A DNA stretch of 64,000 bases from Methanocaldococcus sp. 16A (GCA_049860595.1 CP187551.1); one strand, 5' to 3'. Positions 43,279 to 54,911 are shown, counted from the stretch's first letter. Notes: generated by a model not told the origin, from the sequence alone. Program-made: numbers and translations.

Positions 43279-44964
43279 TTAACCTTTGCATTCTAATTCT
43301 TCCCTCATAAATCTTGCGTTACTTCTCTTTATAAATTCTTCACAAACTTCTTCTGGATTACCTTCCATAATTAATCTGTTCTCATCTAATAATATAGCTC
43401 TATCACTGATCTCCTTAATAAACTCTACACAGTGTGAAACTAAAACTATTGTAGTTCCAAATCTCTCATTGATTATTTTTAAATAGTTAGCAACATCTCT
43501 CAAAGTTATTGGGTCTAAGTCACCAAAAGGTTCATCTAAAAACAATATTTTTGGCTTTGTTATTAATTGTAAAGCCATAGCTACTCTAACCTTTTGTCCT
43601 CCACTTAACTCAATAACTCTCTTCTTTAAAATGTCTTTTCCTAAATCTAAAGCCTCTAAAATTTCTTCTGGCTCAAAGCTCTCAACTATTGGTGGGAATA
43701 GCTTATAGATAATATCTTCTGTCAATCCCATCTTTTGCAGTTTTGAAATTCTCTCTGACTCTGGCACATCTATTAATTGGTAGATAGCATCAACAATCTT
43801 TGGAGATAAACCAAGTTCTTCAGCCTTTGCCTTTGCATGAGCAATAGCTTTCTCTCCTTTAAGTCCCAACCTATATTTTAATAGATTTTCAACTGTTTGA
43901 TAGTATGGGAGAGAAAATTCTTGATGCATAATTCCAATTCTCTTTCTAAGCTCTACTCTCTCCCATCCATAGTTGGTTATATCAATTCCATCAACAATTA
44001 TTTTTCCTTCATTTGGCAACTCTAAACCAGCCATTAATCTCATAATTACTGTTTTACCAACTCCACTCGGTCCAATAATTGATAAAATCTCTCCCTCTTT
44101 AACATCAAATGAGACCTTTTTTAAATTTAATGTTTCTCCTCCATGAACAACATAATATCTCTTAGCAACATTTCTAACCTTTATTATTGCGTTATCTTTT
44201 ATTTTTGGTGTTCTTTTATAAGGAGGTTTCATCTCTTTTAAGAATTCATTTAAGACAGTTTCAACATCTCCATCCATCTTTACTTTACCATTTTCTAATA
44301 AAATCAATCTATCACAAAGATATCTATGTATTTCTGGTAGATGAGATGTTATTATTACAGTTATGCCTAATTTATCCCTAATGTTTTTAATCACATCTAA
44401 AAGCTTTTGTTTTGAAGCTGGACAAGCCATTGTTGCTGGCTCATCTAATAATAAAACTCCCTCTCCTTTTTCATAAATTTTAGCTATCTGCCTTCCTAGA
44501 ATTAATCTCTGTTTTTCCCCACCACTCAATATATTTGCAAATGCATCTTTTTTATGCTCCAAACCAACTAATTTTAATATCTCTAATGCATCTTTCTCAT
44601 AGTCTTCCCACTCTTCTTCCATTGGTAATAACTCATCAGATTTGTTTCTTATTGCATAGAGTTTTCTAATTATGTTGTTTATCACTGGCTCTGCCCATAG
44701 TGCAAAGTTTCTCTGTAAATGTATTGCAGTAATCTCTTTAAAATTATCTTTTCTACCTAAAATCTCAACTTCTCCTTCATCGTAATCTAAGCTACCTCTC
44801 AAAATTCTTATAAGTGTTGATTTTCCAGCTCCACTCTTTCCAACAATTCCTAAAATCTCTCCTTTCTTAGCTTCAAATGAAACATTATCCAATGCTTTAA
44901 AATCACCATATTTTTTTGTTAGATTTTTTACTTTAACTGTAATCATACTCTCACCAGTAGTCAA
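43279..44964 (-). CDS. Dual-cassette ABC ATPase, methyl-CoM reductase component A2 (AtwA)-like
   Basis: Two Walker A (GKSGAGKS, GPSGVGKT), two LSGG signatures, no TM domain. Confidence 0.8.
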   Translation of the reverse strand: MTTGESMITVKVKNLTKKYGDFKALDNVSFEAKKGEILGIVGKSGAGKSTLIRILRGSLDYDEGEVEILGRKDNFKEITAIHLQRNFALWAEPVINNIIRKLYAIRNKSDELLPMEEEWEDYEKDALEILKLVGLEHKKDAFANILSGGEKQRLILGRQIAKIYEKGEGVLLLDEPATMACPASKQKLLDVIKNIRDKLGITVIITSHLPEIHRYLCDRLILLENGKVKMDGDVETVLNEFLKEMKPPYKRTPKIKDNAIIKVRNVAKRYYVVHGGETLNLKKVSFDVKEGEILSIIGPSGVGKTVIMRLMAGLELPNEGKIIVDGIDITNYGWERVELRKRIGIMHQEFSLPYYQTVENLLKYRLGLKGEKAIAHAKAKAEELGLSPKIVDAIYQLIDVPESERISKLQKMGLTEDIIYKLFPPIVESFEPEEILEALDLGKDILKKRVIELSGGQKVRVAMALQLITKPKILFLDEPFGDLDPITLRDVANYLKIINERFGTTIVLVSHCVEFIKEISDRAILLDENRLIMEGNPEEVCEEFIKRSNARFMREELECKG

Positions 44965-45027
44965 ATAGGTGGTTAAATTATAAATATCCTAATAGCTTAT
45001 AAACTTAGCAAAAGTTTTAGGTTTTAG

Positions 45028-45642
45028 GTGGTAATTATCATTGGTGGCATAATTTTATCTGGTGGTAAAGGGAAAAGAATTGGAGGTAAAAAGCCATTTA
45101 AAGTTTTTAATGGAAAATATCTTATAAATTATCCATCAGATATTTTAAAGACTCTAAATATTCCTTTTGTTACTGTTTTTGCAAAAAATTCTATTGATTT
45201 ATATATGGAGAGGGAATATTTAATTAAATACAAATGCTTAATATCATTTGACTTGATTGAAAATAAAGGGCCATTAATGGGCATTTTGTGTGGGATGAGG
45301 GCTTTAAATGCTAAGTGGTTTATTGTTTTGCCGTGTGATTGCCCTTATGTAACAAAAGAAGCTTTAGAAAAGTTAATGTCTTATATTGAAATAGCTGAAA
45401 GAAACAACAATCTCTGTATAATTCCAAAACATGAAAATGGATATATAGAGCCATTATTTGCCTTGTATAAGAGAGATTCCCTACATATTTTAAATAAAAT
45501 TATTATGGAAGATAAAAACTTATCGATTAGATATTTTATATCCCACCTAAACCCCTTATATATAAAAGCTGAAGAGTTAGATAAAACTAAAAAAATCTTT
45601 AAAAACATAAATACAATAGAAGAGTTGATGAACAATGAATAA
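45028..45642 (+). CDS. mobA: Molybdenum cofactor guanylyltransferase
   Basis: LSGGKGKRIGGKK, GPLMGI, PCDCP, EPLFALY, NINT. Confidence 0.9.
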   Translation: MVIIIGGIILSGGKGKRIGGKKPFKVFNGKYLINYPSDILKTLNIPFVTVFAKNSIDLYMEREYLIKYKCLISFDLIENKGPLMGILCGMRALNAKWFIVLPCDCPYVTKEALEKLMSYIEIAERNNNLCIIPKHENGYIEPLFALYKRDSLHILNKIIMEDKNLSIRYFISHLNPLYIKAEELDKTKKIFKNINTIEELMNNE

Positions 45643-46330
45643 ATTAAGATTAAAGAATGAAAAGGAGGTTAAAATAAACTTTGGAAAATACTGCCTTGTA
45701 GGATTTTCTTGTGATAATAAGAACAGCATTAACAATTTATTTAACTTAGCATTATCAAAAATCAGATATAGAAAGGCTATTTTAGAATACAACTTCAACT
45801 TATCAGAAGTTAGAGATAATGGTAAATACAAGAAGATTTCTAAGAAAATAAAAGAAAACGATATCTATTTTTTAGAACTCATAGATAAAATAAAGAAAGA
45901 TTTTAAAGATTTCTGCTCTTTAGATGCTGGAACCTTATTTGAGCTGTTTGTGTATTATATGCTTATGGAGTTTTTTGATGAAAATGGCATAGATGCAAGG
46001 GTTGTTAGAAATCTAAACGTTAGCTACAAAGGAGAGGCTTTTACAGAAATAGATTTATTTGTTGATGTTTTTAATAAAAAATTTATCTTTGAATGCAAAA
46101 ACAGATATATAAGCTCAAATGCTATTCTAAAACTCTATGGGATTATGAAAATGTTAGATATAAACTTTGGTATCTTAGCATCTACAAAAGAGTTTTATGG
46201 AAATATAAAGAAAGAGGACATCTTTGAGGAATACAACATTTATATCATTGACAATCTTTTAATAAAAGAGAAAAATAAGATTTTTAAAGAGTTAAAAGAG
46301 ATTTTTGAAATAAATCAATTTCAAAAATAA
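45635..46330 (+). CDS. PD-(D/E)XK restriction-endonuclease-like protein
   Basis: GTLFE...EIDL...FECK motif order. Confidence 0.7.
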   Translation: MNKLRLKNEKEVKINFGKYCLVGFSCDNKNSINNLFNLALSKIRYRKAILEYNFNLSEVRDNGKYKKISKKIKENDIYFLELIDKIKKDFKDFCSLDAGTLFELFVYYMLMEFFDENGIDARVVRNLNVSYKGEAFTEIDLFVDVFNKKFIFECKNRYISSNAILKLYGIMKMLDINFGILASTKEFYGNIKKEDIFEEYNIYIIDNLLIKEKNKIFKELKEIFEINQFQK

Positions 46331-46356
46331 ATTTCTAATTAAATTTACTAAGTATT

Positions 46357-47745
46357 TTAGTTAGTTAGTGCCTGCAATGGTGCTGGAATTCTCCCACCTC
46401 TCTTAATAAACTTCTCAGATGAATATTTATTAACTTTCATGATTGATGCTTTTCCTAACAAACCTCCATAATCTACCTCTTCTCCCTCTTTTTTACCTGG
46501 AACTGGAATGATTCTTACAGCAGTAGTTTTATTGTTTATAACACCAATAGCCATTTCATCTGCTATTATTGCAGAAATTGTTGATGCAGGAGTATCTCCT
46601 GGAATAGCAACCATATCTATCCCTACTGAGCAAACGCAAGTCATTGCCTCTAATTTTTCTAAACTTAGAGCTCCTGCTTTTACAGCCTCAACCATTCCAC
46701 TATCTTCACTTACTGGGATGAACGCTCCACTCAATCCTCCAACATAAGATGTAGCCATTGCCCCTCCTTTTTTAACAGCATCATTTAATAAAGCCAATGC
46801 AGCTGTTGAACCATGTGTTCCACACTTCTCTAAGCCCATTGCTTCTAAGATGTTGGCTATACTATCCCCTCTTGCAGGAGTTGGAGCTAATGATAAATCT
46901 ACAACCCCAAACTTAACTCCTAACTCCTTAGAAACTTCTCTACCAATCAATTCTCCAACTCTGGTTATTTTAAATGCCACTTTTTTAATTTCATTTGCTA
47001 AAGTTCCAAAATCTGCATCTGGTAGTTTTTCAACAACCGCCCTAACAACGCCAGGACCTGAAACTCCAACATTTATAACCTTATCACCTTCACCAACTCC
47101 ATGGAATGCCCCAGCCATGAATGGGTTGTCTTCAGGAGCGTTGGCAAAAACTACAAGCTTAGCACAGCCTATTGCGTTTTCTGTTCTAAATGCAGTCTCT
47201 TTAATAATCTCTCCCATTCTTTTAACTGCATCCATATTAATTCCAGTTTTTGTTGATGCAACATTTACGGAGGAGCAAACTCTCTCTGTCTTCTCCATCA
47301 TAAATGGGATAGAGTCAATTAAAGCTATATCCTCTTTTGTTGCATCCTTATGGACTAAAGCTGAATATCCTCCTAAAAAATCCACTTTAACTTTCTTAGC
47401 AGCTTTATCTAAAATCTCTCCAACCTCAACACAAGCTTTTATCTTTTCTTCTTTATCTAAATCTCTTATAGCCCCTCCAATAACTAATGATATTGGAGTT
47501 ACAGCAATTCTTTTATTTACTATTGGGATTCCATATTTTTCTGAAATTTTATTGGCAGTTTCTACCAAATTTTCAGCTGAAGATGTTATTTTGTTGTATA
47601 TGTTTTCTTTCAACTCATCTAAATCTTTTGAAACACAATCCCTTAAACTAATTCCCATTGTTACAGTCCTTAAATCTAAGTTTTCCATCTTAATCATTTT
47701 AATTGTTTCTATGATTTCTTCTGGTCTAAACATGTTTATCCCCAT
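46357..47745 (-). CDS. UPF0210/DUF711 (PFL-like) family protein
   Basis: [45 protein letters not shown]. Confidence 0.9.
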   Translation of the reverse strand: MGINMFRPEEIIETIKMIKMENLDLRTVTMGISLRDCVSKDLDELKENIYNKITSSAENLVETANKISEKYGIPIVNKRIAVTPISLVIGGAIRDLDKEEKIKACVEVGEILDKAAKKVKVDFLGGYSALVHKDATKEDIALIDSIPFMMEKTERVCSSVNVASTKTGINMDAVKRMGEIIKETAFRTENAIGCAKLVVFANAPEDNPFMAGAFHGVGEGDKVINVGVSGPGVVRAVVEKLPDADFGTLANEIKKVAFKITRVGELIGREVSKELGVKFGVVDLSLAPTPARGDSIANILEAMGLEKCGTHGSTAALALLNDAVKKGGAMATSYVGGLSGAFIPVSEDSGMVEAVKAGALSLEKLEAMTCVCSVGIDMVAIPGDTPASTISAIIADEMAIGVINNKTTAVRIIPVPGKKEGEEVDYGGLLGKASIMKVNKYSSEKFIKRGGRIPAPLQALTN

Positions 47746-47801
47746 AAAATTTTTAGTATTTGTTATTATAGTTAGTGAAAAGGTGAAATATAATATTTTA
47801 A

Positions 47802-50774
47802 TTATGAATATATATCAATTTTTTTAAATATATTTTCAATTCCGTCAAACCAATATTTTTTATAACCTTTAGAGAGTTTATTTATATCATCAGTATATAA
47901 ATAGAGGAGGACCTTAATTTTGAAATCATTAAATTTAAATTCCTTTGGAGAATCTATAGATCCAAAAAATTTTTCAAACCAATCTACTCTATGTTCAAAT
48001 TCTGTATGTTTTATACCTTTTGGATCTACGAAAACAATGAAGTAATCTTTTCCTTTGTTAATCCAAAATATGAAATCTGGTTTGAATTTTCTCATTTTGT
48101 TTTTATCTGAATCATAGTAAGGAATATAAATTTCATCCAAATGTTCATCTATCTTGCTGAACATCCACCAATTAATATTTATCCTATTTTTATTTTTCTC
48201 AAGGAATGCTTCTAAATCCTTTATGAATTTTACCTCACTTTGTGTTTTTATTATATGTTTAATATAATCTACCTTTTCTTTTTCTGAAAGTATAAGTGGG
48301 ATGTAATAATGATTTACTATGTTTTTTATTTTTAAATCTTTGAAAGTTTCTTCTTTCGGTTGTTTTGCTAACTTTTCTATCTCTGATGTGTATTCATCTA
48401 TAGATATTTTTCCACTTTCAAGCATTGATTTTAATTCTTTTTTCCTAGCCTCAAGATCCTTAAACTTAGAAACTTTATTTATTTTTTCTTTCAGTTCATT
48501 AATCTCTTCTTCAGATTTTAACATTACTTTAATCTTTTTAAAGTGTATTATTTCATCTTCTAATGGTTTGAATTTATCCAATTCTTCAATATTAAGATTG
48601 AAGTGAGCAATCAATTTTTGCACAGCAATGTTTAATGGAATGACTTTATCTTCATTAACTATCTTATAATACTTTTCTTTATCTTTAAAACTTTTTCTTA
48701 TTTGATTAAGAAGCTCAGGAGACACGTTATTTTGCATTATAAGAATTCTATCATCAATAGAGGTAAAATACTCCTTGAGGATATTAAAGAGTGAATCTGA
48801 AATTAGGAATTTTTGTGGCTCTCTTTCTTGATATATTTTATTTTCTGATGGTTTAAAGGTAGGAATTAATAGAGTATATTTATTTGCTTTTTCATTTTTT
48901 GTTAATTCAATTGTTTCTTCAATTCCTTTTTCTATTTTTAATGTTTCCATAACGTCATTTAGTGCTTTTCTATTTGTTCCAAAAATATAAAGTGTTTCTA
49001 TTGGAAATACCTTATCTTCTCCTCCAATTTTTTCAAATAATCCATTATCTTCTCCTTTATTGTATAAAATTTTTAATCTTCTTCTTTTACCTTTAATTGG
49101 CTCTATTCTCACACCTCTACCAACAGATTGTATAACAAATTTTCTTGCATCTTTTCCAACACCTATGTTTATGAAAAGAATAATATTTGGTCTGTTAGAA
49201 TCCCATCCTTCATAGAAAGCTCTTGAACCCATTAAAATACTTATATCTTCTCTCTCATCAAGATTTTCAAAAATACTACTATTATTTTCATAACTTTCTA
49301 CAATTTCATAACCTTTAAGATTATCTTTTATCCATTTTATTGCATCTCCAATTTTAATTAAAGCAAAGGGTTTATCGCTTGTTTTTAATTTGAATATAAC
49401 CTCTTGTCTCTTCCCAGGAATAAGTATTGCTTCTACACTTCCATGAGTTTCAGCATTGTAAATATATTTTAAAATATCCATAATCTTTATATTTTTGATT
49501 AAATTTACATCTACTTTAATAGAGATTTTTTCATATATTAGTTCAAGATTTTCTGAAAATTCTTTAAGTAATTCCTCTTTAGCCTTTTCAAAAATCTCCT
49601 CTTTTATATCTCCTTTTCCAATTCTTTCTATTTCTTCAAAGAATAATGTTAAATCAGGTTTATCTTTTTTAACGTCTGTTAAATTTACAGAATTAACTAA
49701 AGTTAGCAATAGAGGTTCATGATAAACATTTCCAGCAATTTCTTTTATATTTTCTCTAATTTTTTTGAGATACGTTAATAAAATTAATGCTTTTAAAACG
49801 ATTTTTTGTTTTTCTTCTCTATTGTAATCTTCTTTTTCTTTAAAAGCTCTCATTTCTTGCCTAAGCAAATAAATGTGTTTTCCATAACCTTCTGAAATAA
49901 ACCTTTCTAAGTTAAAGTTATAGGCAGTAGTTATAATATCTCTTGGATCAGTAAAGGTTGCTGAAAAGTTGAATAAAAATCCATTCCTTGACATAATAGA
50001 ATAATACCACTGTCTTTTTGATTCCTCTTTATCTCCTTTATGTGCTTCGTCAAGAATTATATACCAATTACCATTGTTTTCATAGTTTTTGAAATCAATT
50101 AATTTCTCTTTTTGCTCATCACTTATTAAGTCAGATCTATAGTAAAAAACTGTTATTCCATCGGAATATGACGTTAAACTCTCTCTTTTTATTCTATCAT
50201 ATTCGGTTAATTCAAAAAGGTTTATTTTAAAGCCTCTTTCTGTTACTAATTCATTAAATTCATCAACATGTTTTTTTAGTTGCTTTATTAAATCATCCCT
50301 ATGTGTAAGTATTAATATATCCTTCTTTGGAATTTCTCCAAGTTCCATTAATTTTTTCAAAACTTCAACAAGTTTTACAATTAATAATGTTTTACCACTC
50401 CCCGTAGCCATCCAAAAAGCAGACCTGTTTATCATATTGTAGAATTTTATTCTATCTTCTTCAATTGGATAGTATTGAGTAATAGTGTTTTGAATATCTT
50501 TTTTTATTTTTGAAAGTTTTATATCCAATTCTTTTTCTAAATCTTTATCTAAACCATTAAATTGGTATCTTTTATAGAATTCTCTTTTATCTGCTTTATT
50601 TTCTTTGAAGTAAAGATATAAAACCTTAATAGCATTTTTTAAAGCTTCTTGTTGGAAGTCCCATAATTTTTTAGTTTTTGAAAATCTTACAGTATCTAAC
50701 ATATTCCAAGTGCTTGGCAAGTCATCAAAATTAATATCTTCAACCATTGATTGGAGTATTGGATAAATTTTCAC
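47802..50774 (-). CDS. res: Type III restriction enzyme Res subunit
   Basis: [28 protein letters not shown] helicase motifs; C-terminal PDF..DPKG nuclease. Confidence 0.9.
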   Translation of the reverse strand: MKIYPILQSMVEDINFDDLPSTWNMLDTVRFSKTKKLWDFQQEALKNAIKVLYLYFKENKADKREFYKRYQFNGLDKDLEKELDIKLSKIKKDIQNTITQYYPIEEDRIKFYNMINRSAFWMATGSGKTLLIVKLVEVLKKLMELGEIPKKDILILTHRDDLIKQLKKHVDEFNELVTERGFKINLFELTEYDRIKRESLTSYSDGITVFYYRSDLISDEQKEKLIDFKNYENNGNWYIILDEAHKGDKEESKRQWYYSIMSRNGFLFNFSATFTDPRDIITTAYNFNLERFISEGYGKHIYLLRQEMRAFKEKEDYNREEKQKIVLKALILLTYLKKIRENIKEIAGNVYHEPLLLTLVNSVNLTDVKKDKPDLTLFFEEIERIGKGDIKEEIFEKAKEELLKEFSENLELIYEKISIKVDVNLIKNIKIMDILKYIYNAETHGSVEAILIPGKRQEVIFKLKTSDKPFALIKIGDAIKWIKDNLKGYEIVESYENNSSIFENLDEREDISILMGSRAFYEGWDSNRPNIILFINIGVGKDARKFVIQSVGRGVRIEPIKGKRRRLKILYNKGEDNGLFEKIGGEDKVFPIETLYIFGTNRKALNDVMETLKIEKGIEETIELTKNEKANKYTLLIPTFKPSENKIYQEREPQKFLISDSLFNILKEYFTSIDDRILIMQNNVSPELLNQIRKSFKDKEKYYKIVNEDKVIPLNIAVQKLIAHFNLNIEELDKFKPLEDEIIHFKKIKVMLKSEEEINELKEKINKVSKFKDLEARKKELKSMLESGKISIDEYTSEIEKLAKQPKEETFKDLKIKNIVNHYYIPLILSEKEKVDYIKHIIKTQSEVKFIKDLEAFLEKNKNRININWWMFSKIDEHLDEIYIPYYDSDKNKMRKFKPDFIFWINKGKDYFIVFVDPKGIKHTEFEHRVDWFEKFFGSIDSPKEFKFNDFKIKVLLYLYTDDINKLSKGYKKYWFDGIENIFKKIDIYS

Positions 50775-50777
50775 TAT

Positions 50778-51713
50778 TTACCACCATTTACATCTATAGT
50801 TTATCCCTATTGTTTTTGCATTTATGCTATTTAAATTTAAAAATTCTTTTAATTTATCTTTACTTATAGGTTTATGATTCAAATAAATGTTATTAGAGCT
50901 TTCAGGACCCTCTCCATCAAATTCTAATAAAAAGTATCCTAAATATTCATAAGGAACTTCACTTTTTGGATTTTTAACTTTTTTATCATCAGGTAATGAT
51001 TGATTTATATTATTTGCAGTGTAAAAAATATCATTAATTTTATCTATTAATTTAGATTCTGCAGGATTTGGCTTATAATCTCCATTACTCTCACATCTTT
51101 CCTCTATTAATATAAAATAACCCGTGCAATAATTAATAAAAATCCAGTTAATATTTTTCATTCTATTATGATTACATAAATTTAGTATTTTAGAACCTCT
51201 CCACTGTGACCTCTCTTCATGGGTTCCAGATTTTCGAGAACTCTTACAATCGTATAATCCCTCAATATGATTACTAATTATGAAAGAAAACCAATCTTTT
51301 TTATGTATTTTGCATAATCCTGTAAAATTACTACAAATTAGATTTATTAGTGCATTTTTATCAATCTGCAGATTATTTCCATCTAAATCTAAAGTATAAC
51401 TCCATTTTCTTTCTTTCTGTTTTAATTTTGGATTTATGTATATTTCATTATCACTTAGGTAATATATTAGATAACTACCACAATACTTGCATTTATTTTG
51501 CAAATTTAAAAATTCATCTAACATTTTAAAACAAATCGCCTGTGCAACTCTAACAGTAGCTTTTGAGCTGTTTTTTTCTTCTATCAATATAAACGAACTT
51601 AAAGAATCATCAAATATAACTACATCAATGTCTTGAGTAATTAATCCCTTCCATGATGCTAATAAATTATTTCTCATCCACTTAGAAAATTCACTTGGTG
51701 CTGACTTACCCAC
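50778..51713 (-). CDS. Hypothetical protein with two tandem PD-(D/E)XK-like domains, inside the R-M operon
   Basis: QDIDVVIF..FILIEEK and KNINWIFI..FILIEER halves; genes closely coupled on both sides. Confidence 0.65.
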   Translation of the reverse strand: MGKSAPSEFSKWMRNNLLASWKGLITQDIDVVIFDDSLSSFILIEEKNSSKATVRVAQAICFKMLDEFLNLQNKCKYCGSYLIYYLSDNEIYINPKLKQKERKWSYTLDLDGNNLQIDKNALINLICSNFTGLCKIHKKDWFSFIISNHIEGLYDCKSSRKSGTHEERSQWRGSKILNLCNHNRMKNINWIFINYCTGYFILIEERCESNGDYKPNPAESKLIDKINDIFYTANNINQSLPDDKKVKNPKSEVPYEYLGYFLLEFDGEGPESSNNIYLNHKPISKDKLKEFLNLNSINAKTIGINYRCKWW

Positions 51714-51714
51714 A

Positions 51715-54429
51715 TTACCACCACACTAAAGGTTTAATTATTTTATAATCCAAATCTTTAATATTTATTTTTTCTCCATCTTCAAACTCCAAATATTCTT
51801 CTGTAATTTTCTTTATTTTCTTTCCAAGTAAATTTGAAAGAGTTTCAGCAATATCTATATTTTTATAGAGTTTTTCTAAATTAACCTTAACCTTATTGTT
51901 TTCATAATCAACTTCTAAAGCTTCTAATAATTTTAAATCCTTCATAAAGATGTATTGGTTGTAAGGATCTTGTGTTGAATCAAAGAATGGTTCTAAATCT
52001 GCATATTTTACTCTTCTTAAAGTATCTTCATATTGCTCTAATTCGTAGTATTTGAAAAAGCCCCCAGCTTTATTCTTGTTATAGTTTTCTTTAACATCCT
52101 CATCCTTTGAAATTCCAGATTTATCATAAGCCAATACTTTTTTCATTCTTGGTAAAATTACTGTATAGAAATGTTCTCCCATCTCTACTCCAACCCATTT
52201 TCTTCCAAGTTTATGAGCTACTGCGGTTGTTGTACTACTACCTAAAAAGAAATCTAAAACTAAATCTCCTTCATTGGAAGTTGATAAAATTACTCTTTTT
52301 AATAATTGTTCAGAATTTTCTGTTGGAAATTTGAAGTTATCAGAGTATGAAGGAATGTCCTTCCAGTTATCAGTTATTTTAACCTTATCAGATGTTAAAT
52401 ATTCAACTTTCCAGTCATCTCCACCACAATTTAAACACTTATCTAATTTTTTAACCCCATAAACAATACTATCTGGTTTTATATCAAGATATTTAAACAT
52501 CTCTTTCTTATTTTTTAGAATTTTATTTATGAACTTTTCTTTTGATTCTTCATCATCCCAATAGTAAATTGCCCCACATTTTTTGCATTTCAATCTTAAA
52601 AAATGCTCTCTCAGGAGTTTATCAACTTTCTCTTGCACTAATGAGAAATGCTGTCCTTTTGGAGGATACAAAACTTTCCCAAAGAATATTCTTTCTGGTG
52701 GATTTCTTTCCCCCTGTTTTAAAAAGCCTGTCCATTTAAAATCTACCAAACTTCTGTCTCTATACAAATCTTTTCTTAAGCAATCTTCTGATTTAGAATA
52801 AAAGAATAAATATTCACTTTCTACTTCAAATTTATTAGGAGTTCCAATACTCTGTCTTTTTCTATTTACAACAATCTCATTTCTAAAATTCTCTTTTCCA
52901 AAAATATCATCCATCAAAAACCTAACATAATGATTTCCGTGATAATCAATTCTTACAAAAATACTTCCAGTATCTTTTAAAAATTCCTTAGCCAATCTTA
53001 ACCTATTCTCCATCATTGTAATCCATGCAGAATCTAAGAATCTATTAATATACATTGTAAATTCATTACTTCCAGTATTGAATGGAGGGTCGATATAGAT
53101 AGTCTGTATTTCTTCCTTAAACTTTGGTAATATGGTATTTAACGCTTGCCAATTCTCACTTTTAATTAGCCAACCATCTAACTCTTCATCCAAATTCTCA
53201 AACAATCCTAAAATCTCAAGTTCTAAATCTTTAAAATATTTTGTATCAATTGGTAAAAATTGATATTTTTGATTTAATTCAATGCCTTTAAGTGTATTAA
53301 TCAAAATCTCTTTAGGATTAAAATCTTCATCAATTAAATCTAACAAATACCATTCTATTATTTGATTTATTTTTTCAGATTTTTCAAACCTTTCTCTATA
53401 TGATTTATTGTTGGATTTAATTTCTTTCCATTCATTTAAATTCTCTTCAAATTCTCTCTTTTGCTCAACTAATTTATCTACTATTTTTTTAATAACTTTT
53501 ATACCACCTTCTTTTTTAGCGATTCTATCTAATGTAACAACATAATTGCTGTTCAAAACAAACTTTGGTTTTTGCCATATTTTAACCAATTCATCTTCAA
53601 ACTGTGCAATGAAATCAATAATTTTATATGCAATATCTTTCAAAACCTTCAACTGCTTAATCCTCTTTTCTGTAAATTGTGTTTCATCAGAGTAAATATA
53701 TTGGTAAAGCCAGAGATCAAACTGTTCTTTCAAAAACTGTTTAGCATTTTTATTTATAAAGTAGTCTACTTCATTTTGCCTTTCAAAAACTCTGAAAGCC
53801 TTTTCTAAAACCTCCATATCTAAATTCATATTTTTCTTTTTTAACTCTTTTAATATTTCATTAACTTTTGTTTTTCTTCCTCTTTCAGAATATAAAACAT
53901 TAAAAACTATAGTTCCATCCCCTTTAATTTCTTTTAGCTCATAAATTAATTCTCTCTTCTCATTTGCTTTTTTATGCTGTAATTTGGAAACATCAAAGAA
54001 AAACTTTACACCATCAATTTCTACTTCCATACTTTTTGGTAGAATATCTGTTTTTACATAATAAAGCATGTGTGTTTTCCAGAACATTACAACATCTTTG
54101 TTGTCCGTATAAACTCTCTCATATATTCTCTCATTAAAAGGCGTGTATCTAAAATATATTGAACCACTCTCACTGAAATATCTCTTAAAGAAACTATAAA
54201 GTTTATTAAATAACTCTTCTCTAAATTCTGGAAATTCAGCAGTTTTTTCATTTATTTCATTTTTTAATTGTTTAAAAATCTTATCAAAATATTTTGATTT
54301 TATTCTCATCAAATTGATATATCCTGATTCTCCTTCAACTTTTGCTCCTATGAAAATATCTTTCAATGCCTCAAAAAATCTGGTTTCTGAATCTAATGTT
54401 ACTTTTTTGATTTTCATTTTCTCCACCAA
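51715..54429 (-). CDS. mod: Type III R-M DNA adenine methyltransferase Mod subunit
   Basis: IYIDPPFNTG motif IV before DFFLGSSTT motif I (beta-class order); central variable region with CKKC/CLNC. Confidence 0.9.
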   Translation of the reverse strand: MVEKMKIKKVTLDSETRFFEALKDIFIGAKVEGESGYINLMRIKSKYFDKIFKQLKNEINEKTAEFPEFREELFNKLYSFFKRYFSESGSIYFRYTPFNERIYERVYTDNKDVVMFWKTHMLYYVKTDILPKSMEVEIDGVKFFFDVSKLQHKKANEKRELIYELKEIKGDGTIVFNVLYSERGRKTKVNEILKELKKKNMNLDMEVLEKAFRVFERQNEVDYFINKNAKQFLKEQFDLWLYQYIYSDETQFTEKRIKQLKVLKDIAYKIIDFIAQFEDELVKIWQKPKFVLNSNYVVTLDRIAKKEGGIKVIKKIVDKLVEQKREFEENLNEWKEIKSNNKSYRERFEKSEKINQIIEWYLLDLIDEDFNPKEILINTLKGIELNQKYQFLPIDTKYFKDLELEILGLFENLDEELDGWLIKSENWQALNTILPKFKEEIQTIYIDPPFNTGSNEFTMYINRFLDSAWITMMENRLRLAKEFLKDTGSIFVRIDYHGNHYVRFLMDDIFGKENFRNEIVVNRKRQSIGTPNKFEVESEYLFFYSKSEDCLRKDLYRDRSLVDFKWTGFLKQGERNPPERIFFGKVLYPPKGQHFSLVQEKVDKLLREHFLRLKCKKCGAIYYWDDEESKEKFINKILKNKKEMFKYLDIKPDSIVYGVKKLDKCLNCGGDDWKVEYLTSDKVKITDNWKDIPSYSDNFKFPTENSEQLLKRVILSTSNEGDLVLDFFLGSSTTTAVAHKLGRKWVGVEMGEHFYTVILPRMKKVLAYDKSGISKDEDVKENYNKNKAGGFFKYYELEQYEDTLRRVKYADLEPFFDSTQDPYNQYIFMKDLKLLEALEVDYENNKVKVNLEKLYKNIDIAETLSNLLGKKIKKITEEYLEFEDGEKINIKDLDYKIIKPLVWW

Positions 54430-54445
54430 ATAATTTAAATTTTAT

Positions 54446-54860
54446 TTAAAATATCAATAATTTCATTATAATATCTATATTTAAACCTCCTTCAATATCT
54501 TCTTTTGAAACTCCTCTAAATCCATGAGCAACTATCGGACTTTCGCAGTATATCTATTTAAAGCTAAGAAATTTTGACTCCTTTAGGTGTATATTTTCAA
54601 TAAAAAACTCATTCCTACGGAAGTCCTATACTATTGTTGTGTGTCTTAAATTTTTCCTATTACATTTTTTATAAATTTAAAGCATAAGCATGGACTTAAT
54701 ATTCTATTTAAATATTCTATTAAATTAAAAAAGCAATAATATTTTATTTATACCAACATTTTTTTCAATATCTATCTCGTCAGGATTTCTTCTAAAAATT
54801 TTACCATTATTATCTTTATATTCTATTGAATAACAATATAAAATGGGCTCTATTATAAAT
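54446..54860 (-). pseudogene. Remnant of a HEPN-domain (CRISPR-associated CARF-HEPN-like) gene
   Basis: Removing 54536-54634 restores NLRHTTIVAHGFRGVSKEDIE (R-X6-H); other coding-like fragments lie upstream with stops and frameshifts. Confidence 0.6.
54533..54630. mobile_element. Palindromic MITE-like repeat, copy 3 (opposite orientation)
   Basis: GGACTTTCGCAG...CTACGGAAGTCC termini; ACTAT repeated at 54531-54535 and 54630-54634. Confidence 0.8.
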
Positions 54861-54911
54861 ATTTCTAAATAATTTTACTTTACAATATTAAACTACATTG
54901 GTGATAAAACC

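Noticed and set aside
46850-47827. 325-aa plus-strand ORF
   Set aside because: Antisense shadow of the well-supported DUF711 gene; Ser/Pro/Thr-rich with no motifs.
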